Source: Phoronis australis
Lineage: Eukaryota; Animalia; Phoronida
Assembly: GCA_002633005.1 (NCBI GenBank)
Contig: NMRA01000135.1
Location: 366,877 to 402,300, forward strand
Direction of reading: 5' to 3'
Length of the DNA stretch: 35,424 bases
Position 1 is the first letter of the stretch. Each line of letters begins with the position of its first letter. The notes beneath the pieces are model-generated. The model worked only from the letters and a program-made list of their open reading frames with translations. It made no database searches and was not told the origin of the DNA. Below are positions 35,083-35,424 of this stretch, piece by piece. Position numbers and translations under genes: made by a program.

Positions 35083-35424
35083 CTATCCATAAAACAAAAA
35101 ATGGAGTTTGTACAATGAACTTAGACTTGTCATACATTCCACCATCCCACAGGAAACTAGGGCACAAGCTCGTCGCATAGATATCAGTAGATAGGCGTAC
35201 CTATTGCTCACTTTGTTTTTCATCTTTTTTATAATAAAGATGATGGTAAGAATTTATCGGTAACCAGCTGATGGGCGCCCAAGGTAGGATATCCGTGCGA
35301 CCTGTATTGTTATATCCAACAAAGACGCAACAAAGGAAAAGAATGGTAGCGTCTCAAAGGCGATAACCATGCGACGCGCTTACACACGTCACATTAAACA
35401 ATATTTTGCGAAACCCATACGATG

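Overview
AT-rich, intron-containing animal DNA with a repeat content typical of marine invertebrates; the species cannot be determined from the sequence. The six-frame ORF track misses the main gene. On the + strand is a complete nine-exon selenoprotein L (SELENOL/SelL) gene, 6883-19550, predicted 292 aa. It has two in-frame UGA codons in LLRHFA-U-LP-U-RDH (a UxxU motif) and a type II SECIS in its terminal exon. The 3' end of a second SelL paralog with its own SECIS lies at 816-1837, inside a diverged ~4 kb segmental duplication (about 563-4925 vs 18397-21968). Convergent on the - strand are five 3' exons of an RNF8-like RING E3 ligase with an unusual C-terminal tail (SIM-like motifs, an acidic tract and a CCHC zinc knuckle); its last exon is also duplicated at 4177-4217. 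An OTUD1-like deubiquitinase exon with no in-frame ATG lies on the same strand at 34306-35082, apparently within the RNF8 locus. The remainder is MITEs, a tRNA-derived SINE, a TIR element carrying a decayed HIRAN domain, minisatellites and three single-N assembly joins. All gene models were spliced by hand from GT-AG sites and phase compatibility; no database search was run.
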